Shown here piece after piece: positions 26,410 to 39,172 of a stretch of 64,000 nt of DNA. Location: assembly GCA_034780895.1 (NCBI GenBank), contig JAUZTB010000017.1:16905005-16969004 (forward strand). Direction: 5' to 3'. The notes beneath the pieces were generated by a model. That model searched no databases and was not told the origin of the DNA. It was given only the letters and a program-made list of their open reading frames with translations. Position 1 is the first letter of the stretch. Every line of letters begins with the position of its first letter. Position numbers and translations under genes: made by a program. The stretch comes from Rhynchobatus australiae. Lineage: Eukaryota.

Positions 26410-26970
26410 ATATTGGCTTTGTTACTTGCAAGTTGGGACATTATGTTGTAGTTGTACAAGACATTGGTGAGGGCATACATGGAATATTGTATAGAGTTTT
26501 GATCACTCCGTTATGACAAAGATGTCATTAAGATGGAAAGAGTGCAAAGAAAATTTACAAGAATATTGCCAGGACTTGAGGGCCTGAGTTATAGGGAGTG
26601 GCTGGGACATCATTCCCTGGAATGTAGGAGACCGAGAGGGATCTTATTAAGGTGTATAACATCATGAAGAGTACAGACTGGCTGAATGCACACAGCCTTT
26701 TTCCCAGGGAAAGGGAATCAAAGACTGGAGTGCATAGGTTTAAGGTGAGGGGGAAAGATTTAAAAGGGACTTGAGGGCCAACTTCTTCATGCAGAGGGTG
26801 GTGCATATATGCCAGAAGAAGTGGTTGAGGCAGATAAAATAACATCATTTAAAAGACACTTGATCAGCTACATGGATAAGAAGGCTTCAGAGAGATATGA
26901 GCATCTTGGTTGCAGTGGGTGAGTTGAGTTGAAGGGCGTGTTTCCTTTCTGTATTACTCCAAGACTCTAA
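26410..26970 (+). mobile_element. CR1 LINE 3' fragment
   Basis: LYKTLVRAYMEYC and ERVQRKFTRILPGLEGLSYRE motifs; 3' UTR gaagggcgtgtttcc...actcta. Confidence 0.85.
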
Positions 26971-27029
26971 CATAACATTTATATGATAGATTATCCCATT
27001 TTATTGCTATAAACAAATATGATCTGGAC

Positions 27030-27870
27030 CATAGAAAGTGCAATTTGTATTCATATAGCAGCATTCAGTCTCTGGTTGCTCAAAATGCTTTAAAGCCAAT
27101 GAAGTGTAGTCATTACTGTGCTAATAGTAAGTACTGGGGATAATCTTCACACAAAATGCCATAAACATGCCACAATGACATAGGGGCAGGNNNNNNNNNN
27201 NNNNNNNNNNNNNNNNNNNNNNNNNNNNNNNNNNNNNNNNNNNNNNNNNNNNNNNNNNNNNNNNNNNNNNNNNNNNNNNNNNNNNNNNNNAGGGGCAGGC
27301 ATGGTAGTGTGATGATTAGTGTAACGCTATTACAGCACCAGCAATCTGGGTTCAATTCCAGCTGCTGTCCATTAAGAGTTTGTACGTTCTCCCTGTTTGT
27401 GCTTGGGTTTTCTCCAGGTCCTCCGGTTTCTTCCCACATTCCAAAGGCGTAAGGATTAGGAAGTTGTGGGCATGCTATGTTAGCACTGGAAGCGTGGCGA
27501 CACTTGTGGGCTGCCCCCAGAATGCTTGACACAAAATATGCATCTCACTGTGTGTTTCGATGTACATGCAACGAATAAAGATAATTATCCATTCAACTAA
27601 AAAAAAGTTATCAGCAAAAACACTACGAAGAACACCTCTGCTCTTTTGTAGATCTTTTACATCAACCTGAATTTGGAAATAGATTAAACTTCCATTGGAA
27701 AGATGATACCTCAAAAAATGCAACACTCCTGGAATTGGAGCATCAGTCTGGTTGTTGTGCAATGACTCTAGCTTGAAAGCATAACCTAAATAGCACAGGT
27801 TGAACTGTACCATTCCCCATTTTAACATGAATGACCTGAGAATGGGTTCTGCCACTAAACTCCAAGTTGT
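27030..27870 (-). mobile_element. Old Deu-domain SINE (SacSINE1/AmnSINE1-like) split by a younger SINE
   Basis: agccaatgaagtgtagtca (27030-27180) and gatcttttacatcaacctga...gaaagatgatacctc...tcagtctgg (27630-27870) parallel the copy at 33865-34180. Confidence 0.55.
27295..27590 (+). mobile_element. tRNA-derived SINE, same family as 24019-24313
   Basis: Alignable along its whole length with 24019-24313; B box ggttcaattcc. Confidence 0.88.
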
Positions 27871-30800
27871 ATCCAGCAGCACAGCAAAGTGATGGACTAG
27901 ACACTCTGAACGTCTGCATGCCTGGATTTTGCACATTTGTCAGCACATGCATGAAGTCCCAGATTGATTGCCATTTAAACAGCTCAATACCAGCAGTTTC
28001 AAACTAGCGCAGACCACAGTTTGTTCTTTAAACTTGCACTGAAGCAAGTTTTCAAGTTTTGACTGAGACATAATGTAAAATAAGAACACACAAGCTGGTG
28101 CTATAGACATAGTGTGGAGCCTAAACTAGACTAAAACAACACTCTATGTATTCCTTGAAGGCTTTTTTAGATCCTNNNNNNNNAAGGGCTCTTAAAAGTG
28201 AATGGTATTTTCTAAAGCAAAATACAGGTCTGATATAGATCAAGTCAATCTGACAGCCACTATTAGTAAATTCTCAATAATCAGACCAGCTGCAGGGATT
28301 TCAACAACTGCAATCCTTAGGTAAACATCAGAGTGGAGCTAATACTCCTTCAGCAAGCATATCTGCATAATCCTAGGATAACTCCTAATGCTTTGCTAAA
28401 CAAGGAATTTAATATATATTTGCCAGGGCTGGATTTAAAGCATGCATGTTGAAAGAGGTGACGTGCCAAGATTTAAATAAGTCTGAACTTTTCAGGAAAT
28501 TTTAAAGACAGCAAAAAATAATCCATTTTGCCTAAAGCAACAATTACACTTGAACATATGATTATCTTTGTTGTTACTGTGTATTACTGAGTATAGTATG
28601 CCATTCTTCAAACAGATACCTCTCAAAGGTACAGCAATTGTTCATCGTGTCTACAAAACTAGGCTTTTAAAAAGTAACATTTGGATTTAAATGTTTAAAA
28701 CACAATAATTTTTGGTGATCAGTAGTATGACTACCTTTGTTTCTGGAGAAGATTACATTATTCATGGAAGAATTCCACAGCTGTTAAGACAGCAACTTTT
28801 CATGCTTTCGTCCAAATATAATCCTTTACCATATGGTTCAACAAAAAGGCAGAGATTGTTTGGGATGGGTTGAGCAAAGGTGGGAGAAGGGCAGGTGGAA
28901 TGGGTATTAGCTATGGAGAAGGAATGCCTAAAGTCAAATATAGACTACACCTTATCTAATACATGTTGAAGTTAATAAGCTACAAAACAGTTTAGATAAG
29001 AATATAAGAATAGAGGACAAGCAACTATATTTACAAGGTTTAAGCACATTTTACATATTAAAAAAATAATGAATAGTGTACACATGGAACAGAATCCCAG
29101 GGAAGATAACTGATGAAGGGTAACCTGTCTTAAAAGGGAACTGAAAGAGTATTTCTTGGGAAGGATATTGGATTTGAAATATTAGTGACACTGGTTGACT
29201 ATTTTTTGGGGAACAAGGAAAAAACATTGAATTTCAGTGCTATATTTGATCAAATTCAGTTCAAAATAATTGATATACAGCTGTGTTGTAACTGGTTTGA
29301 TAAACAACTTCTTTTGCCTCTAGACTTACTAATGTTATGTTCTGGAATGTTTTCCAGTAGGGACTAATGGATATAGATTGGAACCCTTGAACAGTTTTCT
29401 TCTTTCCTTGCCCACTGCTTTTGATCAATTATGTAGCTACCACTGATGCAGGTGAGATCAACTAATTCAACATAGAACACAGATCAAATTTGAAGTCTGT
29501 AATACACAAAACAAACAGAAACACAACTTGTGACAAGTAATATGCATCGTACAGAACCTGGAATAATCGCACGACCTTAGGACCCCAGCACTCCTGCTAC
29601 AGATTTATTAAAACATTTTTGAAATTCCGACTTCAGATGCCTTTATATGTACTTCTTCCAATTCATGTGACATAGCTGTTGTTGATATGCTCCCAAGTAC
29701 AAACCATAAAATACTTTAAATATACAAGCTTATGAACATTAAGAATTTTCACTACATTACTTACCATTATTCATGTTTTTAATGCATTATATTTGATGTA
29801 CACGTTTTACTCTGTGCATCAGTGAAATATTCAATTTGTACTCATACTCAAACGGATAACTCCAGCTGTTGCTATTTTCAAGTGCAGCAAGCTGAGTCTA
29901 ATTGAGGGTGACGTATGACAGAATACTCTGAACAGTTTAAACCAGTCATGACTGAAGCTGCTGACAGAGCCTAAATGGTGCATGGCAGTAGGTCTTGCCC
30001 TGGCCTTGCATGCCAGCATTAGTGCAGATTGCCTGTCAGGAGACATCATGAGGTGCAAATAGGCCAGAACCAGTTTTTAATGTTTTTTTCAGTTAGTGTC
30101 ATCAGCCATTCACTTCAATATTTACATGCCAAATGAGGCTCATTAACCTTATTAATAACTGAACAGGACTCCTGCAACAAATGAAACAAATGTAGGATTT
30201 TCACTTTTCTTCAAATAAACCAAAGCCTAAATAGTGATGTTGATTTATTATCAAAATATCCATGCTTTTCAAGATGAAAAAAATGTTTTGTGTGTGGTAT
30301 CCAGCTCGCATTACAAAAATAGAACATATTTGAAAAGAAGTGTCTTAATTAAAAATCAAGTAGAAAGTGCAATGAAGACCAATACTGGCACTAAATGAAG
30401 ATGTCAGATCAGGTACTAACTAAATATTTCTGAGGATTAATGCATTTCCATTCATTAAATTCAAATATCATGAATAGTTGCATTACATGTTGCTCTGGCA
30501 TAAAGATAAAAGTAGCCAGAGTGAGCTTTGATTTTCCACACCACCTGATTGCAAATACTCTCAAGATGAAACATGCAACTCACATTGATAGAAAATTATC
30601 TTTCATAAGCCTTCGTAAAGTTGAATATTCTAGGGGTTATTGCAAATCCAGCAATGAGCTCCTAGGTATGGAGTGAAGGTTAATATATTAGGCACTTAAG
30701 ACTAATTCTGATTTAAATTAACCCATGAAACCTCATCTGTAATGTTTAATTAAAAACTCATTTGCAATATCAGAATTTATTTCTAATATGTAAAACAAAA

Positions 30801-31419
30801 TAATTGCACCAAATTTACATTGAAAAAGTTAAGTTAAAGTAACAGATCTGCTGGCATTATGAGATTACAGAACACCCAAACTCAAATATAGCACTGAAAA
30901 GATCATGCAGTGAAACAAATAAAATTCTTGTATTCTTCAGTATGCATCCATAGTACATCTCAAAATAGAAATGTTTACAGTGAAGTTTTACTTAGGCTGG
31001 ATAGTGAAGTTCTTATAAGAACAAAACACCACTGACACTGCAGTCTTTTTAATTGCTTCATGTTGCACTAGTCAGAACAATGATTCCCATGCTGTATTGT
31101 ACCCGCCCCCATTAATAATTATTTGCAAATTGTGCAAGTTAAAAGAAAATATCTTTCTATAATGCTTATCGCACATGTATTGATTCTAATTTTAGTGATG
31201 CACTGATGCTATGAAATGTGTTCCTATTCAATTATAATTTCTATTGGCAATTTCTTTCAATGATCATCAACATGGAACAACAGGCTGTTATCCAAGAAGT
31301 TGAAGCAAGCAAGCATAAAGCCCTCCAAACAGAGAAACAGTCAGTTAACTAATTAAATGGGGTGGAAACTAATAAAATAAATAACTTTATTAACTGGTTG
31401 CTCTTTGCTGTATAAATAC

Positions 31420-31812
31420 NNNNNNNNNNNNNNNNNNNNNNNNNNNNNNNNNNNNNNNNNNNNNNNNNNNNNNNNNNNNNNNNNNNNNNNNNNNNNNNNN
31501 NNNNNNNNNNNNNNNNNNNNNNNNNNNNNNNNNNNNNNNNNNNNNNNNNNNNNNNNNNNNNNNNNNNNNNNNNNNNNNNNNNNNNNNNNNNNNNNNNNNN
31601 NNNNNNNNNNNNNNNNNNNNNNNNNNNNNNNNNNNNNNNNNNNNNNNNNNNNNNNNNNNNNNNNNNNNNNNNNNNNNNNNNNNNNNNNNNNNNNNNNNNN
31701 NNNNNNNNNNNNNNNNNNNNNNNNNNNNNNNNNNNNNNNNNNNNNNNNNNNNNNNNNNNNNNNNNNNNNNNNNNNNNNNNNNNNNNNNNNNNNNNNNNNN
31801 NNNNNNNNNNNN
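31420..31812. other. Largest assembly gap (many other N gaps of 8-100 bases occur through the window)
   Basis: Run of N. Confidence 0.99.
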
Positions 31813-33389
31813 GTAGGCATTCTGACAAGCAAACCTCTAATTCATTTGCTCAAAGGCATGTAATTAACAAAGTTAGCATTAAGATCTGAAGTATTATTTT
31901 CATATAGTTCAGAATATATGATAAAGGTTTCTTATCTAGATTTTTGCATCTTTAATTTCCATTACTAATTTTCATTCTTCCACAACAATGTGCAAAATGT
32001 GGTGATTACATTCATGCCAATTATGCCCAAAATATATATACTAGAACCCAATTAGATGCTCAAGTGTCCTTTTTGAATGCTAATGAATTAAATGAAATAT
32101 CAGTAATGTAAATATATAGCAAAGAACTGCACATTCACAAAAGTCACTAAATTATTCAATGTATAGGCAAAAGGCACATGGTGGATGTGGGTACTGCTGA
32201 GCTTTACCTTTGCTTTCTTTTCCTGCATTTTCTTTTTGGATATTGGTATTTAGAGGTTAAAGAATAATGTTGTTTCCCAAATGCAAAGACTGCAAAAACA
32301 TTGCATTCTTTTTACCATATGTCCAGCATTAGGAATACTGGAGACTGGCCAGGATCATAGCTTTGGGTAGCAATAGAGAATTTCAGTGTTTTTAAAATCT
32401 GCCTCTTCAGGAAACTCATTAGGTAAAGTAAAGAAGGGACCCTTCCATGTTATCATTACAATCACCCACTTCGTCAAATATCAACATTGTAGTTGTGTTT
32501 TCTTCAAAATGCATACATGTTATTGGAAATTCAGAATGCCCTTTGAACAGAAAATGATTGTGTACAAAGACAGAAGCGATAATGCATATTCAATTTCTGG
32601 CCAGTGTTTTTTGTGGGTTCTGCATTTAAAGATCATTCAAAGTATCTTAAGCCACATTTACAAACACAAATTGCCCTTACTGATTTTAACCACAAACCAT
32701 TACCACAGGGAGTTATGTATTTTTAGGTTTTAGTGTAATTGCTTTTACTATAACACATGGGAAATTGGTATCTGTATTGAAATTATACATGCTCTTAAAA
32801 GTTCAATTACGGTGTTTGTTGTTTATTAAGAGCTAAATGGTCTGAGTGTAAAATCTGTTAAAAAACCTTGCTCTGATAAAATACCAAAGTCCACTTGAGC
32901 TAATAAAGACATGGGATGCTTTAATTGTTGTTATAACCAACTTTATACAATAGATAGTCAAAAGTAAATTGCAGACATGTAGGCGTTCTTAAGCTCTTAT
33001 TTTAACAACTATTTTGCCCTAACCATGACCACTCAAAATGGAGGAGCAGCATTTTGGGTTGCCTAAATTGACAGGGCATTAAATACCTTGTGATAATTCA
33101 TACCTGAGTGTTGGTTATTCTCACTTTAATTTTATTCCATTTTATTCTTTTCATCATTAAAAGAATATCCAACTATATACGTCAAGGCAAGTCAGACTAG
33201 TTGGGAGCACACTTGCCTCTTCATCAGTTGTAGATTCAAGTCACACCATAAAAACACGAACACTAAATACTGCAGGGCAAAATTTGTCAAGGAGAAAACA
33301 AAACATTTTTTTTGTCAGCCTCAGAATGTGTGTATATTGGCTGCATACTTTAAGACAGGAGACAATTCCATCATTGATAATTACAGTGG

Positions 33390-33860
33390 GTTCTTCCTGT
33401 TGGTCTGCCACAGAGAACGTCATCACCAGGGTTCTCCTCAGCCACAGTCTCTCAATTACCAAGCAGCTGCTCCCGAAAGTGCAGTGTGGATTTCATCTAT
33501 CTAGAGGTACAGTGGACATGACTTTTGCCACACATCAATTTCAAGAGAAAGGCAGAGAACTGCATCAACCAGTTACATGCTTTTTTCTCATCTCACAAAG
33601 GAGTCTGACACTGACAACCAAGAACAACTGTGAAACACCTTTCTCATATTTGGCTGCCCACTGATGTTCATCTCCATCTTACATCTGCTTCAGCATATGG
33701 CATGATCTGAAATAACAGGTCCTGAGCAGTGCCAATGCCATTGCAAGCTGGTGCATCACCATTCCAACATTTTTGTCTCTATTGTTTTTGCTACAAATGG
33801 CAATCTGTTCAACTTGCATCACTTCTGTCCTAGAACCAAGGTGATCCCAACATCAGTTAT
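33390..33860 (+). mobile_element. RTE/BovB-like LINE RT fragment
   Basis: LLPKVQCGFHLSRGTVDMTFATHQFQEKGRELHQP matches the RTE RT motif LPESQCGFR..RGTVDMIF..RQLQEKCRE. Confidence 0.8.
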
Positions 33861-33864
33861 TGCA

Positions 33865-34180
33865 CCCTGAAGTGTAGTCAATGTTGTAGTAACTATATTG
33901 ATCAAATTAGCATTTTTGGAAATGCTGAGGGTTAAATACTGTCCAGGACGTCAGAAAAACTCTTATTTTTCCCTGAAGTGGCATCATGGGATCTTAGTCC
34001 ACTTGAAATAGCAAAGCCTTGGTTAAAGTCTCATTCAAAACAAAGAACCTCTGATATTGCAAACCTTCCTTAGGATGGCATTGGGTTATCAGCCTAGATT
34101 TTTGTGCACAAGTCCCTGGAAAAAGTGATTGAGCCATAAACCTTCTGACTCAGATCAAATTATGTTACCAACTGAACATC
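33865..34180 (-). mobile_element. Deu-domain SINE (SacSINE1/AmnSINE1-like)
   Basis: catgggatctt...ggttaaagtctcattcaaaa...tcagcctagatttttgtgcacaagtc...aaccttctgactcaga resembles the reverse complement of the Deu domain and its tRNA-like head. Confidence 0.7.
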
Positions 34181-35029
34181 TGGGATAAAATTTTGATTTG
34201 TTAAACAAAATGTTCAAAGTATTTTTTCCCCCAGATGCAAGAGATGTTGTGTATTCTTTTAGCCTTTTCATATTATCTACTCTTGTTTTAGACATTAATG
34301 CTTGTGCGTGCATATATGTGCAAATAATGAAAAATGGCAAATGCACTTGAGCAGTGGAATTGCTTTGTGATGCTTGGAGCATATTTGGAATTAGAGAATA
34401 TGTTACATCATAACATAGCATTGCGACCCCAGGAGCATGCGTAGATTATGAGAAAGTGATGTCAGACAGCTTGTCTGGCAGCAGGTACTATGAATTAGGA
34501 TTAAGCGATCAAAATCTGATAGTTCTTCCCTTATAAACAATGTACAAACTGCTTTAATTTGGTTTTAGTCATTCAATGTCAGAAGAACATAGTTATTGTT
34601 CTGTGAATTCTGTTAACTCATGAATTTACATCATAAGGGAAACAGTTAACTAGTTTCATTGCCCTGTTTTGCAGTTCAAAGCTTTTAATTGTAGATCATT
34701 TTCAAAAATCTCACCACTGATGATTTCACTGCATCTAGATTACCTTAAACAGCAAGGGTAATGTTTAATAATAACTAACTTGAAAATATATTTTGGAGAA
34801 TGGATCTATCACAAAAGCATAAATAATTCTTTGAGCCCCTTGAACTCCCAGCATTCAACGGTAGAAATGTGCCCTGACTCGATGAAATTGATTTTATCCC
34901 ATCATTATCAAATGGCCTGGATTATGGCAGATCTTGCTGACTAAATCACACAAAGAATGGCATTTCTTATTTGTGCTTGTAAGTTTAGAGCTGCACCAGC
35001 AATTTTCAGACTTCACTCTATGACTGGAC

Positions 35030-35770
35030 TGCCCATGGAGTCCAACAGCAGAATAGGAGCTTGCTGACATTCCCCAGCACTTCTATGGGCTCATTCATTT
35101 GAATAAGGAATGCAGAGTTGCAGAAAAGATAACAATAAAGTAAATGACATCTCACTTTAATATTATGTGCTTTATTTAATGTTTTGATAATGCATTTTAA
35201 ATGTTTAGTTGATGTTATTTTTAATGATTTAATAATTTTTTAAATCTTAATTGCACATTTCATTTCTAATTGCTTCTGAATGTCAAGGACACTCACAAAT
35301 AATGGGCAGGATTGTGCCAGATCCAGCCACTGCCCAAACTTGCCATCCATATTAATCTGATCCGGACAGAGAGCCAACGAGGTTGTCTCTCTGTATCTGA
35401 GAGTGCTCCACAAAATGGAGCAGGTTATGAATAGCAATTAAGCTTCATGCAGCAGATCTTGAGGCCCTGCCTCCCTAAACATCCTTTTGGACTTTTGATG
35501 ATTCGCCTCTGTCAAAGGCAATTAACTATTTTTAAATGGTTCTAATAATATTGAAAAACAGTTCAAATAGACATAAAAATAACAATAAATTGAAGTAAAA
35601 CACCTAACGTACTTGACATTAATTACAAATATTAAAGTAAATAAAGAACCACTTGACATTTTACTTAAGATTGACGACCCATTTCAAGAGGATGGGTCTT
35701 TTTACTTACAACAGCCATGGCTGGCATGAATCTGATGATCTGAAAGTGGAATGCATCTATCTCAGCATGT
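35030..35770. mobile_element. Probable decayed non-autonomous DNA-transposon-like element with internal inverted AT-rich arms
   Basis: A T-rich arm (35135-35240) and an A-rich arm (35520-35670) are loosely reverse complementary around a more GC-rich core. Confidence 0.35.
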
Positions 35771-36199
35771 CAATGCTCTGCCACTGGACTCAGATTCATG
35801 TATGATCAATGTAATGTAAATGTATCCTTATCTTCAACTGTTGAGTTCAGTCTGGGTTATTACTTATTACTATATCTACCACATCCTTGCTAGCTCTGGG
35901 ATATGTGGTTCCCAAAAACTATCCTGAACAATAAATTTAGTACTTTTCTGACGTACTTTGTTTGCTTATCTCATTCAATATGCAAGTCAAAATAGCCTGT
36001 AAAAAATAAATCAGCCTTTACTACATGTTCATGTAATCTCTTTAATTATATCTTCCAACACCTTAATCCTGCTACGAGGATGCATACATATAATTCCCAC
36101 CTCCTACTATATAGCAGTCTGTCTTATTTACTTAATTTCTCTCAATGTCAGTAAGCAGTAGAAATATTAAATACTAAGGCACATTTAAAATATTTATTC

Positions 36200-36960
36200 A
36201 AAATCATGAGGGACAAGGACTCAAAAAATTAACAAAGCAAACACACTGTAAAGAAGAAAATAATGCCACAGAAATGTTACATGTACCCAGGACGAGGTGG
36301 TTTCCATCCCAGGGATCTAAAGAAAGTAGACATGAAAATTGCTGATATCCTAACAATAATTTCCCAGTTTTCTCAATTGGGAGTTCTTCCTCTAAACCAG
36401 AAAGTTGCACATGGCACTTAACTACTTGTGAAAGGAGAGAAAGCATGGAATTCAAGACGAGTTAACCTAATATCTGATGTTAGAAAATTACTAGTATCTA
36501 TAACTAAGGATATTAATAGATCAGGAAAAAAAAACTAGCATGGTATTGGAAAGTACAAGACTTGCCTAATGAACTTGAATATTTTGAAGTGACTAATGCA
36601 TACAATGGCCACATCCACGGGTATTATGATTATGGATTTCCAGAATGCATTTGATAAAATTCCTCACTGGAGATATTTAGCCAACAATTAAGTAATTGAA
36701 GAGGAACAAACTGACCCAGCTTAGAAAATGGCTAAGTAGCAACAGACAGAGGGTAGGGATAATGGGTAGGCACAACAATTGTCAAGATCTGTTTTGGGTC
36801 TTCCACAGCTCACTCTGTTTATTAATGTTTTGGATGATGGAAGAGGAAACTATATCTCCAAGGTTGCTAATAATGTAAAGATAGGTGGAATCACAAGCAA
36901 CGCTGTTGGAAGTATAAAAATAAACATATTAATAGATTAAACAGATAGGCAAAACTATAT
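36200..36960 (+). mobile_element. Highly decayed CR1 RT fragment
   Basis: atggatttccagaatgcatttgataaaattcctcac encodes MDFQNAFDKIPH; WLSSNRQRVGI follows. Confidence 0.75.
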
Positions 36961-38009
36961 ATATGGATCAAAGCCACAAATCACCCCTAAATTCACTGCA
37001 TGATAGAATGCATTCAAAAGGCTAAATAACCATTCCTGTTCTTGTTCAACAGTTAATCTGGAATGCAGATACCATGTGTTTGTCTGATACCAGTGAATCA
37101 CAAGTCTTCTTTTAGCAGACAAGACAGATAAGAGTCTAATTCTCAATTTTAGTAGCTCATTCAAAGGTGCTCAAAAAAGAAAATTGACTAAGTTTAATAT
37201 GGGTTAGTAATTACATTACATGCATTTTGATAAAAGTATACTAATATAACATTATTTGTGCTTCACTCACTTTTTGCACCGAATTAAATAGAATATACCA
37301 GCAAGGAAACAGGCCCCTTAAATTTAAGTGGTCACAGCAGTAACTTCTCTCCACAAGAGCCTTCATACACCCTATGAATAAAGATGATGGCAAAGCAAGT
37401 AAAATATTTAACACTAACAAAAAATATATATATTTTTAGTCAACAGAAGACTGGGTTTTCACTTTGTTCCAACTGTTCATCATTTCCAAAAACCAGAAGC
37501 AACAACAATCAATAGATTTCTATCAAAAACTGTATGACCATAGCAACTGTTTCTCCAGCTGCAGTACATGCCAGAAATAAAAGTACAGAATCACTCCCAT
37601 TGGCAATTTCAACTAAACGGTTGTCCCTTGCAGCTTGCCGGCTGCCAACTTTGAGGTTTGCCATACAGCAATAAAGACCTTTTTACTGTCGAAAACAAAG
37701 CCTCCATTCACAGATATGTAGCCTGCAGACATACTATAAGCACAGGCAAGAGAAACACTGGGAAAAGAAAGAAGTGCATCCTCCAAAATTAGAGGTCCTG
37801 AGTTCAAGCCCTGGCAGCTTGATGCTCAAAATTGCCAACCTCAATTGAGCTAAATCCAATCAATTCCTGGATAGGAAACCAGTCACACTCTCATATTAGC
37901 TGAGTATTTTGCTTTGAGAGAGAATAGTNNNNNNNNNNNNNCATTACCCCCCCCCCCCCGCCCCAAAACAGCTGACAAACACTGGTGATAACCAATGAGA
38001 AGTTTGCAG

Positions 38010-38075
38010 TTACATGGAACAGAGAACAGTAGAGCACAAGAACAAGATCTTCAGCCCATGATATCTGTACTGACC
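38010..38075 (-). mobile_element. CR1 3' tail remnant
   Basis: gaacagtagagcacaagaacaagatcttcagcccatgat is the reverse complement of the tail seen at 22060-22110. Confidence 0.6.
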
Positions 38076-38719
38076 AATCATCATCAGTAATGCAGTTTGG
38101 GTTATTCTCAAATAAATGTTTTCAGACTTTTGTTTTTAAAGCCCTGGTAGTTTGCTGTATAATATCAATTTTTAATTCCTCTTTCCAAAGACAAATACCT
38201 TCCCGATAAGGCCTTCCTAATAAGGAACTTTTACCAACACCGCAACCACCCACCACCACCTCTATTTTCATCAGAAATGGAGATACTGCACTTGTGCAGA
38301 TGGACTATGAAGTAAGCCACTTTATTTCAGAATGGGTAGAATCTCAATATGATCACATCCTTCTCTCTGTAACCTCTTCCTAAGCTGCTAGCTTCAGATT
38401 TACAGGTGAAGCTGTGGTGCAGCTGGCAAATGAAGCTCTCCCATTTGGTCTGGAAATAATGTAGCCAAATCCAAAAGAGACTACTGGCAATTAGCCAAAC
38501 AACTTGGATTCAAGCTCAAATAGCAGATAACAATGTTGAAGTGTTAAAATCATCCACCAATCTCAGCTGCAACATACCAGAAGTAGTGGGGGAGAAATTA
38601 AGAAACAAGTAACAATTACACATAAATGCACAAATAAGCTCACCAGCACAATTATCCAACCCTATAACCTGTCCATGTTCTCCATTTCTTAACAGAAAAT
38701 GAGATGTACATCAAGTAAT

Positions 38720-39172
38720 TTCAGAGAGGTGTGAGCGCAGCCCAGTCCATAACGCCAACCAGCCCCTCACTGCATTGACTCTGTCTACACTTGAGAAAAT
38801 AGCCAACGTGATTAAGGAACCCTCCACCCCAGTCATTCTCTCCTGTCCCTTCGAGCAGAAAATACAAAAGCTTGAGAGCACATACCACCAGGTATGAGGA
38901 CTGCTTCAATCTTGCTGTTATCAGACTCTTGAACAGACCTCATATGTTAAAGGATAAATTCTTGATCTCCCAATCTACCTCGTTGTGGCTCTTGCACCCT
39001 ATTGTCTATCTGAACTGCACTTTCTCTGTAACTGCAACACTATATTCTGCATTCTATTTTTCTTTTTACCACCTTGATGTACTTATGGATGGTCTGATCT
39101 GTCTGGATGGCATGCAAAAGGAAGGTTTTCACTGTATCTCAGTACACGTGACAATAATAAACCAATACCAAT
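38720..39172 (+). mobile_element. Rex1/Babar-like LINE 3' fragment
   Basis: RAHTTRYEDCFNLAVIRLLN followed by the 3' UTR shared with 25860-26045; tail aataaaccaataccaat. Confidence 0.8.

Noticed and set aside
31349-31863. ORFs of 152-159 aa
   Set aside because: They consist almost entirely of N gap.
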